Assembly (NCBI GenBank): GCA_010015805.1
Contig: ML978122.1
Span: 3,134,453 to 3,198,452 of the forward strand
Length of the DNA: 64,000 nt
DNA from: Rhizodiscina lignyota
Lineage: Eukaryota
Direction of reading: 5' to 3'
Shown here in pieces: positions 52,176 to 64,000 of this stretch. The notes beneath the pieces are model-generated. The model worked only from the letters and a program-made list of their open reading frames with translations, did not search any database and was not told where the DNA came from. Both the position numbers and the translations under genes were made by a program. Every line of letters begins with the position of its first letter. Position 1 is the stretch's first letter.

Positions 52176-53195
52176 ATAGCTTCTTGTGGCGACGGATGAT
52201 ACGATAGGACAGAACGTTTTGTTCCTCTACGCGCCGCTTGTCGTGAACAGTCATGTCCACCAGTCCACCTACTACCTTCAACGCTCGTCTGCGACGATTC
52301 ATCCCCTTCACCATGACGAATCAGCCTGTTACACTTTTCCTTTTCTCGTTGCAAGTTTTTCTGCGTGCATGGCTCAAATGATCACACTTCTCACGACTAT
52401 CTTGGCATGAATGCTAAGCGTCAGGCATCTTCTCGCCTCATGTGGTCTCGAGCCTTTCCATTTCGACTTTGTGTTTTCTTCTTTCTTTTTGCGTCTTGTC
52501 GCTCCTTTGGTGGAAGTTTGAAGATCGATGATTGCATCTGCTTTTGCTTTTCCCTTCGTTTTGTTTGTAATTTCGCCATGCACGCACGCAGAATGAGTAA
52601 CGGCGAGCACGATTTCTCAAGAATGGAAACACTGCACATGTCCTCACGGACAAAGCTTTCTCTTGGGTGGCTATCTGACTGGAGTCTTTCGACTTCGGGC
52701 TTCCACAGCCTCCTGTTGATAGCTGTCTTTAGCTAGGACATACTCTCAATGAAGAACTTCTCTCTTAAAAGATGCATTTCAATTAACCGCTGCGCATGCT
52801 GGTGATATCGTCGCCATGGCCCAGTGCGCTTTGCTAACATGCAGAGGGTCGAGAAGAACGTCGTACGAGTGGCCGAACAGCTCTCCCGCGAAGGTAATCT
52901 TGAAGCTGCACAACGTGAAACGTGGGTCGTGGTCGTGCATCCCCACAATAAACGCGGAGTGCTTCCGTTTAAAGGGCCCATGAATACATTACGAAGTCAC
53001 CGTCCTGAGAAGCGACATGTTGAATCGGGCTGGTGATCTTCAAGGACAACACGATTGAAACCTTGTCCCTGAGGCAATTCAGCTTGCACAGCAACTTACT
53101 CTAATGCGAAAACAAATTCTCTCAGGGTATCTCTTGCTATTTTGTAGATGTGGGTGCACCAATTGAACTCGGTTCTCAGGCAAAGGACTCGACCT

Positions 53196-54614
53196 TCATA
53201 TTGCCCATCCAGCTGCTTGAGCGGTTGCCCGAGGTTTGGCAGGTAGCGCTGGTTCACCCACAGCTGCTGCTTCAAAGGCGAATTGACGATCATGTATGTC
53301 CAGCGGCGTCATGACATCCATAGGCGACAGCGCAGGATATAGATGTGGGCTTGCTGGACGATCTGATTCTTCACCTTCGCCATCTTCCTCCCCAAGGTCT
53401 TCATTATCTTCGCCGCCGTCACGCTGGCCCTCTAGTTCGGTGGCATCACCAACAGCACCATCGTGCTTGACGCTGAGTCCACCGCCATCGCCTTCTACAC
53501 CGACCTCTTGCATGTAACTCTCCAACTCCTTGGCCATCTTCTTGCTGAAGCCGCTGGCTTCCACCTCGACATCCAGCCTTCGTTGGTTGTGACTTCTCTG
53601 AGCTTGCTTCATCGCGTCAGCGAATGTAGGACCCGGGTCGTCGCTGGTGAATTTGAAGCGTCGTTCGAAGAATTTTTTGATGCATGCGATGTCGCGGTCG
53701 AAGTAGTATTCTGCGTTTGCATGCGACGTAGATACCATTTGTGGAAAGTCGATTATAATGGGGTTGAGCCGTACATTTGGAGATCTGTCATCGTTCTCCT
53801 TGCTGCTTTCTGTATCATTCGGGGATGAATTTGATGCTTCTGGCTGCTCCTCGATCATGATGTTGAACTCGTTGAAGTCGCCGTGTATCAAACCGTATTG
53901 CGCCAATCTCATCGCCAGAGATATCAACTCCGCATAAAGAGCAGGCGGGTCCGGCACGCTCGATATCTGCCTCAACGGAAATCCATCCACCAAGCTCATC
54001 ACCACGGTATGCCTATTCTGCGCGACCGGCTCCGGAACCGGAAACCCATTATCCCACAGCGCCTTCATGAACGCATGCTCCTTCATCGCCGCTAGCCTAC
54101 TCATATACATCCAGCTCCCGCCTTGCCTCTTCCTCAAGTAATCGCGATTACTCTTCACACTTCGAAAACTTATTCGGCCCAATCGATGGATCTTCAGCAC
54201 CCGCTGCTGCCCGCTCGGGCTCGCAACGACGAATATGTCACTCTCCTTGCCCACGCCAATCTGGTTCCCCACACTGTAGATGCAGTTCGCCTTGCGGTGT
54301 GCGTTGAGAGCGAGATAGTCCAGTCCGCCGTACGCCAGTCGGTAGCCGTCGTACTTCGCGTTCTTGATCTTCGAGATGAGGTTCGCTTTCGCGAGGTTTG
54401 AGATGCATTTGTGTACGCCGGTGCCGGAGCGCAAGGAGGAGATTTGCGTTATGAGTGGAACGGGGACGATTTCGTGGTTCTTGGAGCCCATTTCAACCTA
54501 TCGCAATTATTAGTCCAAGATTTCGGGTTTGGAAAATGGGTTGTCGCATACCGCCGTGAGGACGCGCCAGTCCTCCGCGGTGAGGTAGCGGATCCCCTTA
54601 GGGTCGAGCTTCAT
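53196..54614 (-). CDS. RIO2: Atypical Ser/Thr kinase Rio2 (40S maturation)
   Basis: MKLDPKGIRYLTAEDWRVLTA|VEMGSKNHE, YDGYRL, GVGKESD, HRLGRISF, IHGDFNEFN, IDFPQ. Confidence 0.95.
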
Positions 54615-54860
54615 GTTGGAATGCCGAAGGGGTTCGTAAATTTCGTGAAGCGAAGAAGGATTGCATAAATCTCGGAGTCTCGTGTGCGCATGTGTACATT
54701 TCGGGGGTCATCTCACTTCATCGAATCAAGCGGAGGCGTTTGCGGTTGGCGTTAGCGTTGCGGAGTGACATTATAACTAGTGCTTGCCCTACTTCCGTAG
54801 CTCAAGCTTCGCGCTGCTTCCATCAACTACAAATCCCCAACATCACACAACATACACAAC

Positions 54861-57782
54861 ATGGCTGGAAAGGAAGAAGAGGAGAAGCCCACCGCTGTCG
54901 ACAAGGGCAAGGGCAAGGCAACAGACGCAGTGGAGAAGAAAGAAGAGAGCAAGGACGCAAAGGAAAATGGCGTACTTCCTCCAGGTAGGCCGACACGCGC
55001 GCTCAGTGTTACACCGATGAAAAGTGCTAACCTGGCGGTCTTATGACAGAGGAGCTCAGTGAAGAAGATCAGAAGCTCAAAGATGAGCTTGACATGCTTG
55101 TCGAGCGGTTAGGCGTATGTAAACGGCTCCACTCTTCCCCAGCGCATGCTCATATTGCCACAGGAATCAGACTCGAGTCTCTACAAACCAGCGTTGGACG
55201 CTATCAAAGATTCGATCAAGACATCCACATCGTCGATGACAGCAGTTCCGAAGCCGTTAAAGTTCCTCAGACCACATTATGAGAAGCTGGAGCAGATCTA
55301 CGAGTCGTGGCCACAGGGCGACGACAAGGTATGTTTGCGTCGGACTTGGACGAAACGTAGCAGGCCTTGTGGCTAATGCAATGATCTATTCGCAGGCATC
55401 GTTGGCAGACACGCTCTCTGTGCTTGGCATGACATATTCCGAAGACCGAAGAGATACCCTCAAGTACCGCCTCCTCTCACCCTCGAAAGACCTTGGATCA
55501 TGGGGACACGAATACATGAGACATCTGGCGCTGGAGATAGGCGAGGAGTACCAAGATCGGCTAAACGACGATAAGCCAACAGACGAACTCACCGACCTCG
55601 TCCTCGCTCTCGTACCTTTCTTCCTCAAGCACAACGCCGAAGCAGATGCGGTGGATATTCTGAGCGAATTGGAGATGATAGAGCAGATCACAAAATACTT
55701 GGACGAGAATACCTATGCTCGAGTATGCTTGTATATGGTTAGCATGGTACCTCTTCTCACGTACCCTGACAACGACAAATTTCTCCGAACCGCGTACGGT
55801 ATCTACCGACAGTACAAGCAATATACACAGGCGATAGTGCTTGCGATTCGATTAAACGACAAGGAGCTGATTGAGGAGACCTTCGGCGCTACGGACGACA
55901 AGTCAATCAAGAAGCAGATGGCGTTCCTCATTGCTCGGCAGAGGATATGGATAGATCTTCCAGAGGCGGATGCGGGTGACACGGAGCTAGAAGAGTGTCT
56001 CAACAACACAAAATTGCCCGATCACTTCAAGGCTTTGGCGAAGGAGCTCAACATTCTCGATCCGAAGACCCCCGATGACATCTACAAGACCCACCTTGAG
56101 AGCTCCCGGACCGCTGGCTTGACTAACACGGACTCTGCCCGTCACAACCTTGCAAGTGCTTTCGTCAACGCCTTCGTTAACGCTGGCTTCGGCAACGACA
56201 AGATGATGCTTGTGCAAGAGAACAAGAGCAGCTGGGTCTGGAAGACAAAGGACGAGGGCATGATGTCAACGGCGGCATCTCTCGGTATGCTGTTGCAGTG
56301 GGATGTTGAGATGGGTCTGGATAAGATCGATCCTTTCACATATGTCCAGGAAGACTACGTCAAGGCTGGCGCTATCTTGGCGAACGGTATCATGAATTCT
56401 GGAGTGCGTGTGGACTCGGATCCCGTACTGGCCTTGCTCGGAGATGAGGGCAACTTGCTGAACAAGAATGAATCAATTCGAACGGCGTCGGTCATGGGTC
56501 TCGGCCTAGCTTATGCTGGTTCGAATAAAGAAGATCTCTTGGAACTCCTTCTGCCTATGGTCACGGACACTAGTCTACCAATGCAGCTCTCGGCCATGGC
56601 TGCTCTGTCGCTAGGTCTCGTCTTCGTTGGTTCGGCGCAGAGTGAGGTCAGCGAAGCGATCATTCAGACATTCCTGGATGAGGACCGAACCAATCAGCTT
56701 AAGGACAAGTGGACGCGGTTCATGGCTCTCGGCCTAGCGCTTCTGTTCTTTGGACAGCAGGAAGAGGTAGACGTCATCCTCGAGACGCTCAAAGCGATCG
56801 ACCACCCGATGTCGAAGCCGACGTCTGTTCTTGCGGAGGTGTGTGCGTGGGCGGGAACCGGTGCGGTCTTGAAGCTGCAGCAGCTCCTTCATATCTGCAA
56901 CGAACATATTGAGGAAGACAACGAAGAGAAGAAGGGTGACGAGTTACTTCAGGCGTACGCTGTGATCGGTCTCGCGCTCGTTGCCATGGGTGAGGATGTC
57001 GGCCAGGAGATGGTCCTCCGCCAATTCGGCCATCTAATGCACTACGGTGAGGCCAATATCCGCAAAGCCGTTCCTCTCGCCATGGGTCTTATCAGCCCGA
57101 GCAATCCTCAGATGAAGGTCTACGACACGCTGTCGCGATACAGCCACGACAATGACAACGACGTAGCCGTTAATGCCATCTTCGCCATGGGCTTGCTTGG
57201 TGCGGGTACGAATAATGCACGTCTGGCGCAGCTTCTGAGGCAGCTGGCGAGCTACTACCACCGTGATCCGAATGCACTATTCATGGTTCGCATTGCTCAG
57301 GGCCTCCTGCACATGGGCAAAGGCACTCTGTCCGTTAACCCGTTCCACACCGACCGTCAAGTCCTGTCTCGTGTCGCTGCTGCTGGACTTCTCACCGTCC
57401 TTATCTCTCTCCTCGATGCTAAGCAGTTCGTGCTTGGTGAATCGCATTACCTACTCTATTTCCTCGTCACGGCCATGAACCCACGCTTCCTCATTACTCT
57501 CGATGAGGAACTCAAGCCGCTTACGGTGAACGTACGTGTCGGTCAAGCAGTTGACGTAGTAGGCCAGGCTGGTCGACCGAAGACTATTACTGGCTGGCAG
57601 ACACAGAGCACCCCGGTGCTGTTGGCTTATGGTGAGCGAGCGGAGTTGGAAGATGAGCAGTACATCTCGCTGAGCAGTACCTTGGAGGGTATTGTGATCT
57701 TGCGAAAGGTAAGAGTCCTCTCCACACCTCAACAAAGATAGTCTTACTAACTAGACAACAGAACCCGGAGTGGCAAGATTGA
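54861..57782 (+). CDS. RPN1: 26S proteasome regulatory subunit Rpn1
   Basis: [53 protein letters not shown]. Four introns; last exon NPEWQD*. Confidence 0.96.
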
Positions 57783-58184
57783 GGTTGAGAAGGCGTCGGG
57801 CATTGCATGATATCAGATCCCGGGTCCGGTCTTCAGGGTCATAGAGCACGTCAAATCACAGGCGTATGGAGCTTTGTAATATGTAGCATAGACAGCACAG
57901 GCTGAAGCGCTAAAATGAAGCTCGTGATTGTCATCCTTCGTACATGCGCGTGCAGTTGTCATGTCAACCTTACAGACTCATGCCCACATTTTCCTTGTCA
58001 AGCTTTAACGCCATGCCAAATGTAGATAAATGGTTTCACTTAGGATCCTATCCAACCCATTCAACTCCTGGCGCCAGCGGAAAGAAGGTTTCAAAGGGGG
58101 TATCTCTCTATATTCAAAATTGAAACCTCCCCACCGTCCACAGGAGATGCCTCCGAATTACGTCGAAAATACCTCGCGGTCGAA

Positions 58185-60772
58185 TCATTTCGTTCCCGGT
58201 CGAAAAGCCGAAGCTATTGAGATGTACTTCGCTGAGCCAGGAAGTATTTGGCCGCCATATTCTGCGCTTACTTGGATGTGTCGGTCATTAATCTGGACAG
58301 TGATTCCGAGGGCAATGACGTAGTGAGGCCGGCTGTGAGCGTTATCTTCAGGATATTCTATGGGAAATTCGTTTCTGAGGTCCGACACGTCCACTTCGAT
58401 GGTACCAATTGCCTGGCATCCTGAAATACTGTTAACCCATCAATTTCAGATTTGTGGACGTCGAGGTACTCTTGCCTTTGTTCTTTGCATGGTACCGCGG
58501 CCAGTGATCCTCAACAGGCTGGTCAGAAACGAAAAATAATTCTGTAATTATGAGTGACTCCGACTCGTCCAGTGCGATTTTATGTATAGACCAGAATTCT
58601 TTTTCATGTCGTACTTCCATTTCTTTGATCTTATCCTGTTCGATAAATCAGCACGCCAGCTCCACTCAGGCCCTTGCTTGTCATGATCTTGCCTTATTGA
58701 ATATCCATTCAATACAGTTCCGAACGTACCATAGCCCATCCACTCGACACCGCGTGACATTCTTACCGCGTCGCCATTTATGGCCTGCATACTCCTTGTC
58801 ATAACTTTCATGCCGTAAGATGCCGTAGCTCAGTCGTAGCTTTCTTTTGGGTCCTTTCTCCTTGTTGAAGGCGCGCATCACGCCTCCGCGAGCTACAGCG
58901 ACGGCGGACTGATCTCTGAGAACCTGTTAGAATAATGTCGCCAGATGGTTTGGGCAAACTGACGGCTTTGCCTTATGAAGTTTGATAGGCGTGTGCCAAA
59001 GGCTTGGCGATACCGTTTTCAGAAACTTGTCCAACTTGTTCACTAACGCTGGACATCCACCGAAGCCTCCGATTAAGACAACGTACTGAAAGAAGAGATG
59101 TGAGCATTCGAAATGTCTTCCATCGACGAATCAGTTACATACGTCAACAACAATATGCTCAGACTCCAAGCAACGCTTGAGCTGAGACGCCAATACGGCC
59201 CTTACTCCTGCTAATGTCTCCTCAAACATCTTTTTGTACTCACATCTGTGAACGTTAGCAAACATACGTACACGGGAATGTGGCAACTTCCTTCGTAATT
59301 TTCAGCCAACCAGCCGTGGAACCCCTTGCCTTGTTCTCCTTTAAGCCATCGATCTGAAACCATTGTAGAGCGTCCCGGAAATTATCAAAATCCATTCGCC
59401 TCTTGACTACGGTCTCAAATGCTCCCATGACACCCTCACTCATAATGACATCGTGCAACGTACGCCGTATCCTGCCGTCGAGCTGGGGACTGAAGTCCTC
59501 AGGATGTTCGAAGTCATCGGGATGCAGTGTCGAGGAGAGGAAATTATAAAAGGCTTCGTTGAGGAATGTCGAACGACATAGTTTTCCTGTAGCGAATGAG
59601 CAAGTGTCTATGGCAGTGAGCTGTATTAACTTGACCGTCTGGCTCGACAGCCTCCCGCTCTAGTCTTAGCGGATCAGTTGCGCCGACTACAAGAGTAATT
59701 GCATCGACTGTGCCACCGCCAGCATCCAGAAGAATGAATGTGTTACGACGCTATCGATGTTAGGGTTTGAAACGCCGATAAACTCAGTTTGCGCTGGATA
59801 CTGTACCGAGATCCTTGGGATATCGTACAAAACGAACTCTGCCGCAGCCTCCTGTTCCGACACCATGAAGATATCAGCAGCTCGAATCAGGCGAGCTTTG
59901 TCCATGGCTTCCATAAGTGCGGCTTCCATGACCATGCATGCCTTGGGAGACCATATCGCAGGTACGGTAAAGACCATCTCGCTTGCTTCATCATCTTGTA
60001 GGCCGCAATGGATTTCGAGCTGGCATTTCCCATGTTGGAGGAAGAGAGTCAGGAAGTCAACTATGACATCTCGGTATCGTTCGATGATCCTCCGCCCTGA
60101 CCCACTTTCATCCAGTAGCATCATTCTAAGATTTCTGAGGTCTTTGCGTTGCTTACGACGAATGTCCTCTGTCACCTTGCTTTCATCAAGCATCAGCTTC
60201 ATAAAACAGACCGGGGTATTCCTTATCCGAGACTCCGCTGTTACATTTCGCAGATGTGGCCAACGTTGGCACTCGAATCCCCATCGTGCACAATCTGGCA
60301 AAGGGCGAGGACTGTCTTCATCATTGCTGCCGTCTTGGCCATCTAGAGTTGGAGACCTGGGGGTTATGGAATCGGTTCTGGGAGGGCTACCTTCTTCATT
60401 TTGGGAGTTGTTGGGATGGCCGCCGGCGGGCGTCTTGATCACATGGTTTTGAAAAATGTCGAAGGTTTCGATATCGGACTCCTCGTCGTCAGACTCCACA
60501 TCAATAGCCATAAACGACATGGAAGCTTCCGGATTCGGATACGAAACTTCAGTGGGCACCTGATCGCTAGGCATTCCTCTTTCATGACGTGGAAGTTGAT
60601 CGTCTGGAAACTCTCGAATGGATTCGATCAGATCTGGATCAGGGTCTTCTCGGCCATTCCGGCGAACGTAAGCTGCTCCACTTTGGGTCGTCGCAAAGTC
60701 GATGCTCAAGATGATACTGCCAGATTCCGTGCTTCTTGATTTGCCTTTCCCTTCTTGACGAGAAGGCGCCAT
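58185..60772 (-). CDS. Atypical Hsp70-like (HSPA12-type, actin-like ATPase fold) protein, possibly degenerating
   Basis: IDFATT, QVPTEVSY, FTVPAIW, VSEQEAAA, LLDAGGGTVD, GKLCRSTFLN, VLIGGFG, AVARGGVMRA, SYGI, ending SIASAFRPGTK*. About seven introns, some non-canonical. Confidence 0.82.
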
Positions 60773-61577
60773 TTTTTAGAGGTTCTGAGGAGATATATAA
60801 CAGTCAAAGGATTGAGTAGATTAAAGACGCTAGGGATGCCGATGAAGTGTGCAATTGAAAAGGTACGAGCAATGTGAGATGTACGCAGAGCGAAAGAAGA
60901 GAATGATGTGCGGTAAGATAAAGCTATCGAGGCGGACATGCAGCCCCTAAAGTCGAACAGGCGTTGAAGGCGGCGACTTTGATCGATCGGAAAAGGTAGT
61001 GTTTTGCTAAACCGTGACTCGTCGATATATCGCTGCTACCTAGCATGCACCTTTTCATCTACGCGAGTGGCGCGTCTCAGAACTTGCATGAAGAGCACCT
61101 ATCCGTTCGTATAGCCCTATTGTTACACAACACACAAAGCGATCAGTAGATGCACTAACTGTCACCGGTCAGCTTTATTCAGTTGTCACGATTGGAGGTT
61201 GATCCACCCGCGATACACGCTGAAATACCCATAATCAATTTGTAAATACACTGAGTGGCTTCTGAATGGGGCGTCGGGATTGAAAGACTAAAGTACAGGG
61301 CTGTCCGTGCTTTAGAGGATCCGTGAGGCGTGTGAGCGTCGCGTGCCGCGCGCCGCGTTAACAGCCCAGCTCTTGTGACCAGTCACAATTGTTCAGTTTC
61401 CGCGATGGGATGGTAATTGCCTCCTGCAATATGCGGAGTATGCTGAAAGTAATTCCGATCAATTTGTTATTCCGTTGAGTAGCTTCTGAGCGGGTCCACC
61501 TGTGATGTTCTTAGGTGCCCGTGTTTCTGCCTTGTGCTGCTTTGTTGCCTTCAATTTTTACCTAGCTCTAAACAAAA

Positions 61578-63723
61578 ATGAGAAAAGAAAAATTCTTCTG
61601 GACTAACGAAGAAACGTTGGAGCTCTGGGCATTACTTGACCATTTTCGAGATGAAGGTGCGAAAAGTAACAAAGAGAAGATGAGTGCAATAGCAGCAATT
61701 CTGAAGCACAAGTACAACAGAGAATACACGTCAACGGTCGTCGGTAACAAGCTCACCTGGGAATGGAAGAAAATTAACGGAAATGCTGCAAAACGCTCAA
61801 AATTATTCGACCGAGGATCAGCCTTGCTCTCCAGCGATGTTCTATTTGGGGAAGAAAATGAAGTGAAAGCAATTGAAAGGGCGAGGAAAAGATTGCAAGA
61901 TGAGGGCTTTCTCGAAGTGCGGCCTCAGAAGCGACGTGCAACTATGGTTGCGACCCAAAGGCTCATTGCACCAAGCCCCTGTGTAAGGGAAAGTCGGAAA
62001 TCGAATGACTCGAGTATCGATGTAGCGGGTAGGATGTTTGTTCACCAAACGACCACCACAACGTCACCAATCCGGGAAACCGAGGATGAAGCTTCTGTAA
62101 GACTATATTGCGCCTATTCCTTGAAAGGTATGAATACAGTACTTACTTCTTGAGCGTAGAGGAGTAGTAGCGATAGGTTAACCACAAATTCGACGATACA
62201 GCACCTCGACACGCCCAGTAAAGCTGCCAGCTTTACCCTCCCTGCGATCACCGTACCTGATGAGGCTATCATTTGCTCTCGCTCTTTGGAGTGTCTCAAT
62301 CAAATGCCACATGGTACGGACAGGGCCCGATTGCAGACTTTCCCGGTGCAGAACAGTTCGACTACGGACTATGGGCCTTCGAGCCAGAATTTGGCGCAAT
62401 CCATCACTGAGAAGGATAAAGAGCTTGCCAGGCTCAGTGCAATTATCGAGAGTCAACAGCAGACGATTCGGAGGCAGCAAATGCTTCTCGAACGCAGTTT
62501 CGAAACTTGTGACTCCAGATACGGCAAACTCTCTCATGGGAAACGCGATGAAATGAACATGTGTCGCGAATTGGACAGAAAAATTGTTCAGTTGATTAAC
62601 GAACAAGAGCTGGAAAGGAAGAAGTGGCAAAGGGAATCTGAAAGCTGGAGCTATGCGGTGCTCCACGGATCCAAAGAAGATGAAGTCTTCAAGTTGCGAG
62701 AAGAGCTCGCGAACCTGGAAGAAAAGCAGATGGAATACCGGCAGCTGTTCAGCTTTGTGCGTAATGACAGAACGATGGCCGAGAGCTCGAAGCTAAGCGA
62801 TATCCACGAAAAGATGGATTATCTCGTTAGGGATGTGATGATTCTTTCGAATGCATTTGATGGGTCCACCTTTCGAAGTCGGACGCCGCCGCCGCCAAAT
62901 TCAGATGCGGAGCAGCTAATTCGACGGGTACTGACCGGCGTTCCAAGATCACTATCACCAGAATCCTTTTCCGTATCCACCGAATCGCTCATGAACACGG
63001 TTGATAGTGTGAAAGGCAGCGGTCTCGCGGCCGCTGTCGTCAGCGTGGCTTTCCAGGAATGGATATTTGAGGCTGATTGGCCTAACTTCGACCCAGAAAA
63101 GAACGAGCTCCTTGACATATATAGAGATCAGCAACGCCAGCAAGCAGGTAAGTTGCTTATCATACATGCTTTGATAGCGTACCACTGACTAGCTTTACAT
63201 AGATGGGCTTCACCTGCTGAGGGGTCGAGATTGTGCAGCACATCGGACCTTGGTCGAAAGGCCTGGCTTCACCAAGCATCAACTTCCTTCCAAAGCGGAA
63301 GAGCTTGCAAACCGGATCAAAGAAGCTTTATCAACCATCTTTCTCTGGGTAGAAGACGAAGAGAGGCTTCGAGAACTAAAGAGGCTGATTGAGGACGCTC
63401 TGAATCTGAAAGTGTTGGTGCTCACTGGAAACATAACTTACTCTTTGTTGACAGTGAAGCCTGGTACACCATTCAACCCCAGAGTCATGCACATTGACCA
63501 TGATGGCAGTGCATCAGCAGAACTGGCCCAAAATTCCGCCGCGGTCGTGAAATTTTGTCGCTTCCCCGCCCTCTTCGTGCGCAAATCGGCGGCTCCTGCA
63601 GACGTGGAAGAGGGCCATGATATGTCCCGAGGCCTCGTTAGCCTACAAACATTCGGGCCAATCGGCTTGGACGACGTGCGCAACCATGACTGTCTGCTGA
63701 AGGCGAAGGTTCTTCTGGGTTAG
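61578..63723 (+). CDS. Uncharacterised protein (about 675 aa): Myb/SANT-like N-terminus, coiled coil, GrpE-like C-terminal beta region
   Basis: Three exons (61578-62096, 62160-63147, 63203-63723) splice in frame through gtaaga...tag and gtaagt...tag introns. Confidence 0.8.
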
Positions 63724-64000
63724 CGAGTGCACATCGGAGTGGGTGGAACGATCAGAATGCTCAATGGAATATGGTGATAAAGGAGTTGTATCAGATGGAC
63801 TTAGGCATATCAGCATCGGCTTAGATATAGCAGTGTTGAAAGCATGGCAAGGAATGAGCATGAAGCAAACATTTCGCGAGGTTCGGTGGTGAAGTACTCC
63901 GTAAAACAAATGCCAAGTCGTCCGTCAAACAAGGGTTACGATAAGCGACCTCAGGACGGGGTTTCGGCGCGCAAAGATCCAGGTACATGCAGGTGGATTA

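Overview
Gene-dense, intron-containing eukaryotic DNA from a filamentous ascomycete (Pezizomycotina; Dothideomycete-like is only a guess). Introns are short, with GTRNGT donors, CTRAC branch sites and YAG acceptors. I saw no tRNA, rRNA, CRISPR array or transposon. About 24 protein genes are supportable. Conserved housekeeping genes include a SUN-domain protein, GAL10-type epimerase, YPT6, NOP53, an ADAL-like deaminase, the PP4 catalytic subunit, a COA2-like protein, TAO3/PAG1, P450 reductase, an MSSP-like RRM protein, RIO2 and RPN1. They flank an accessory block at about 17.8-34.6 kb: GH28, a Zn2Cys6 TF-MFS-SDR mini-cluster, an S10 peptidase, a second Zn2Cys6 TF and a GMC oxidoreductase ending in a PTS1. 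The most interesting items are: (1) a divergent pair of an atypical HSPA12-like Hsp70 ATPase and a Myb/SANT + coiled-coil + GrpE-like partner at 58.2-63.7 kb, where the Hsp70-like gene has degenerate motifs and non-canonical splice donors; (2) a small secreted Kex2-type pre-pro-peptide ending in an alpha-pheromone-like Cys loop; (3) a TCCGACGGG element shared across the TF-MFS-SDR cluster; (4) an AUG-free, stop-free, triply spliced leader with two in-frame acceptors on the RRM gene. All calls come from reading motifs by eye; no database searches were run.
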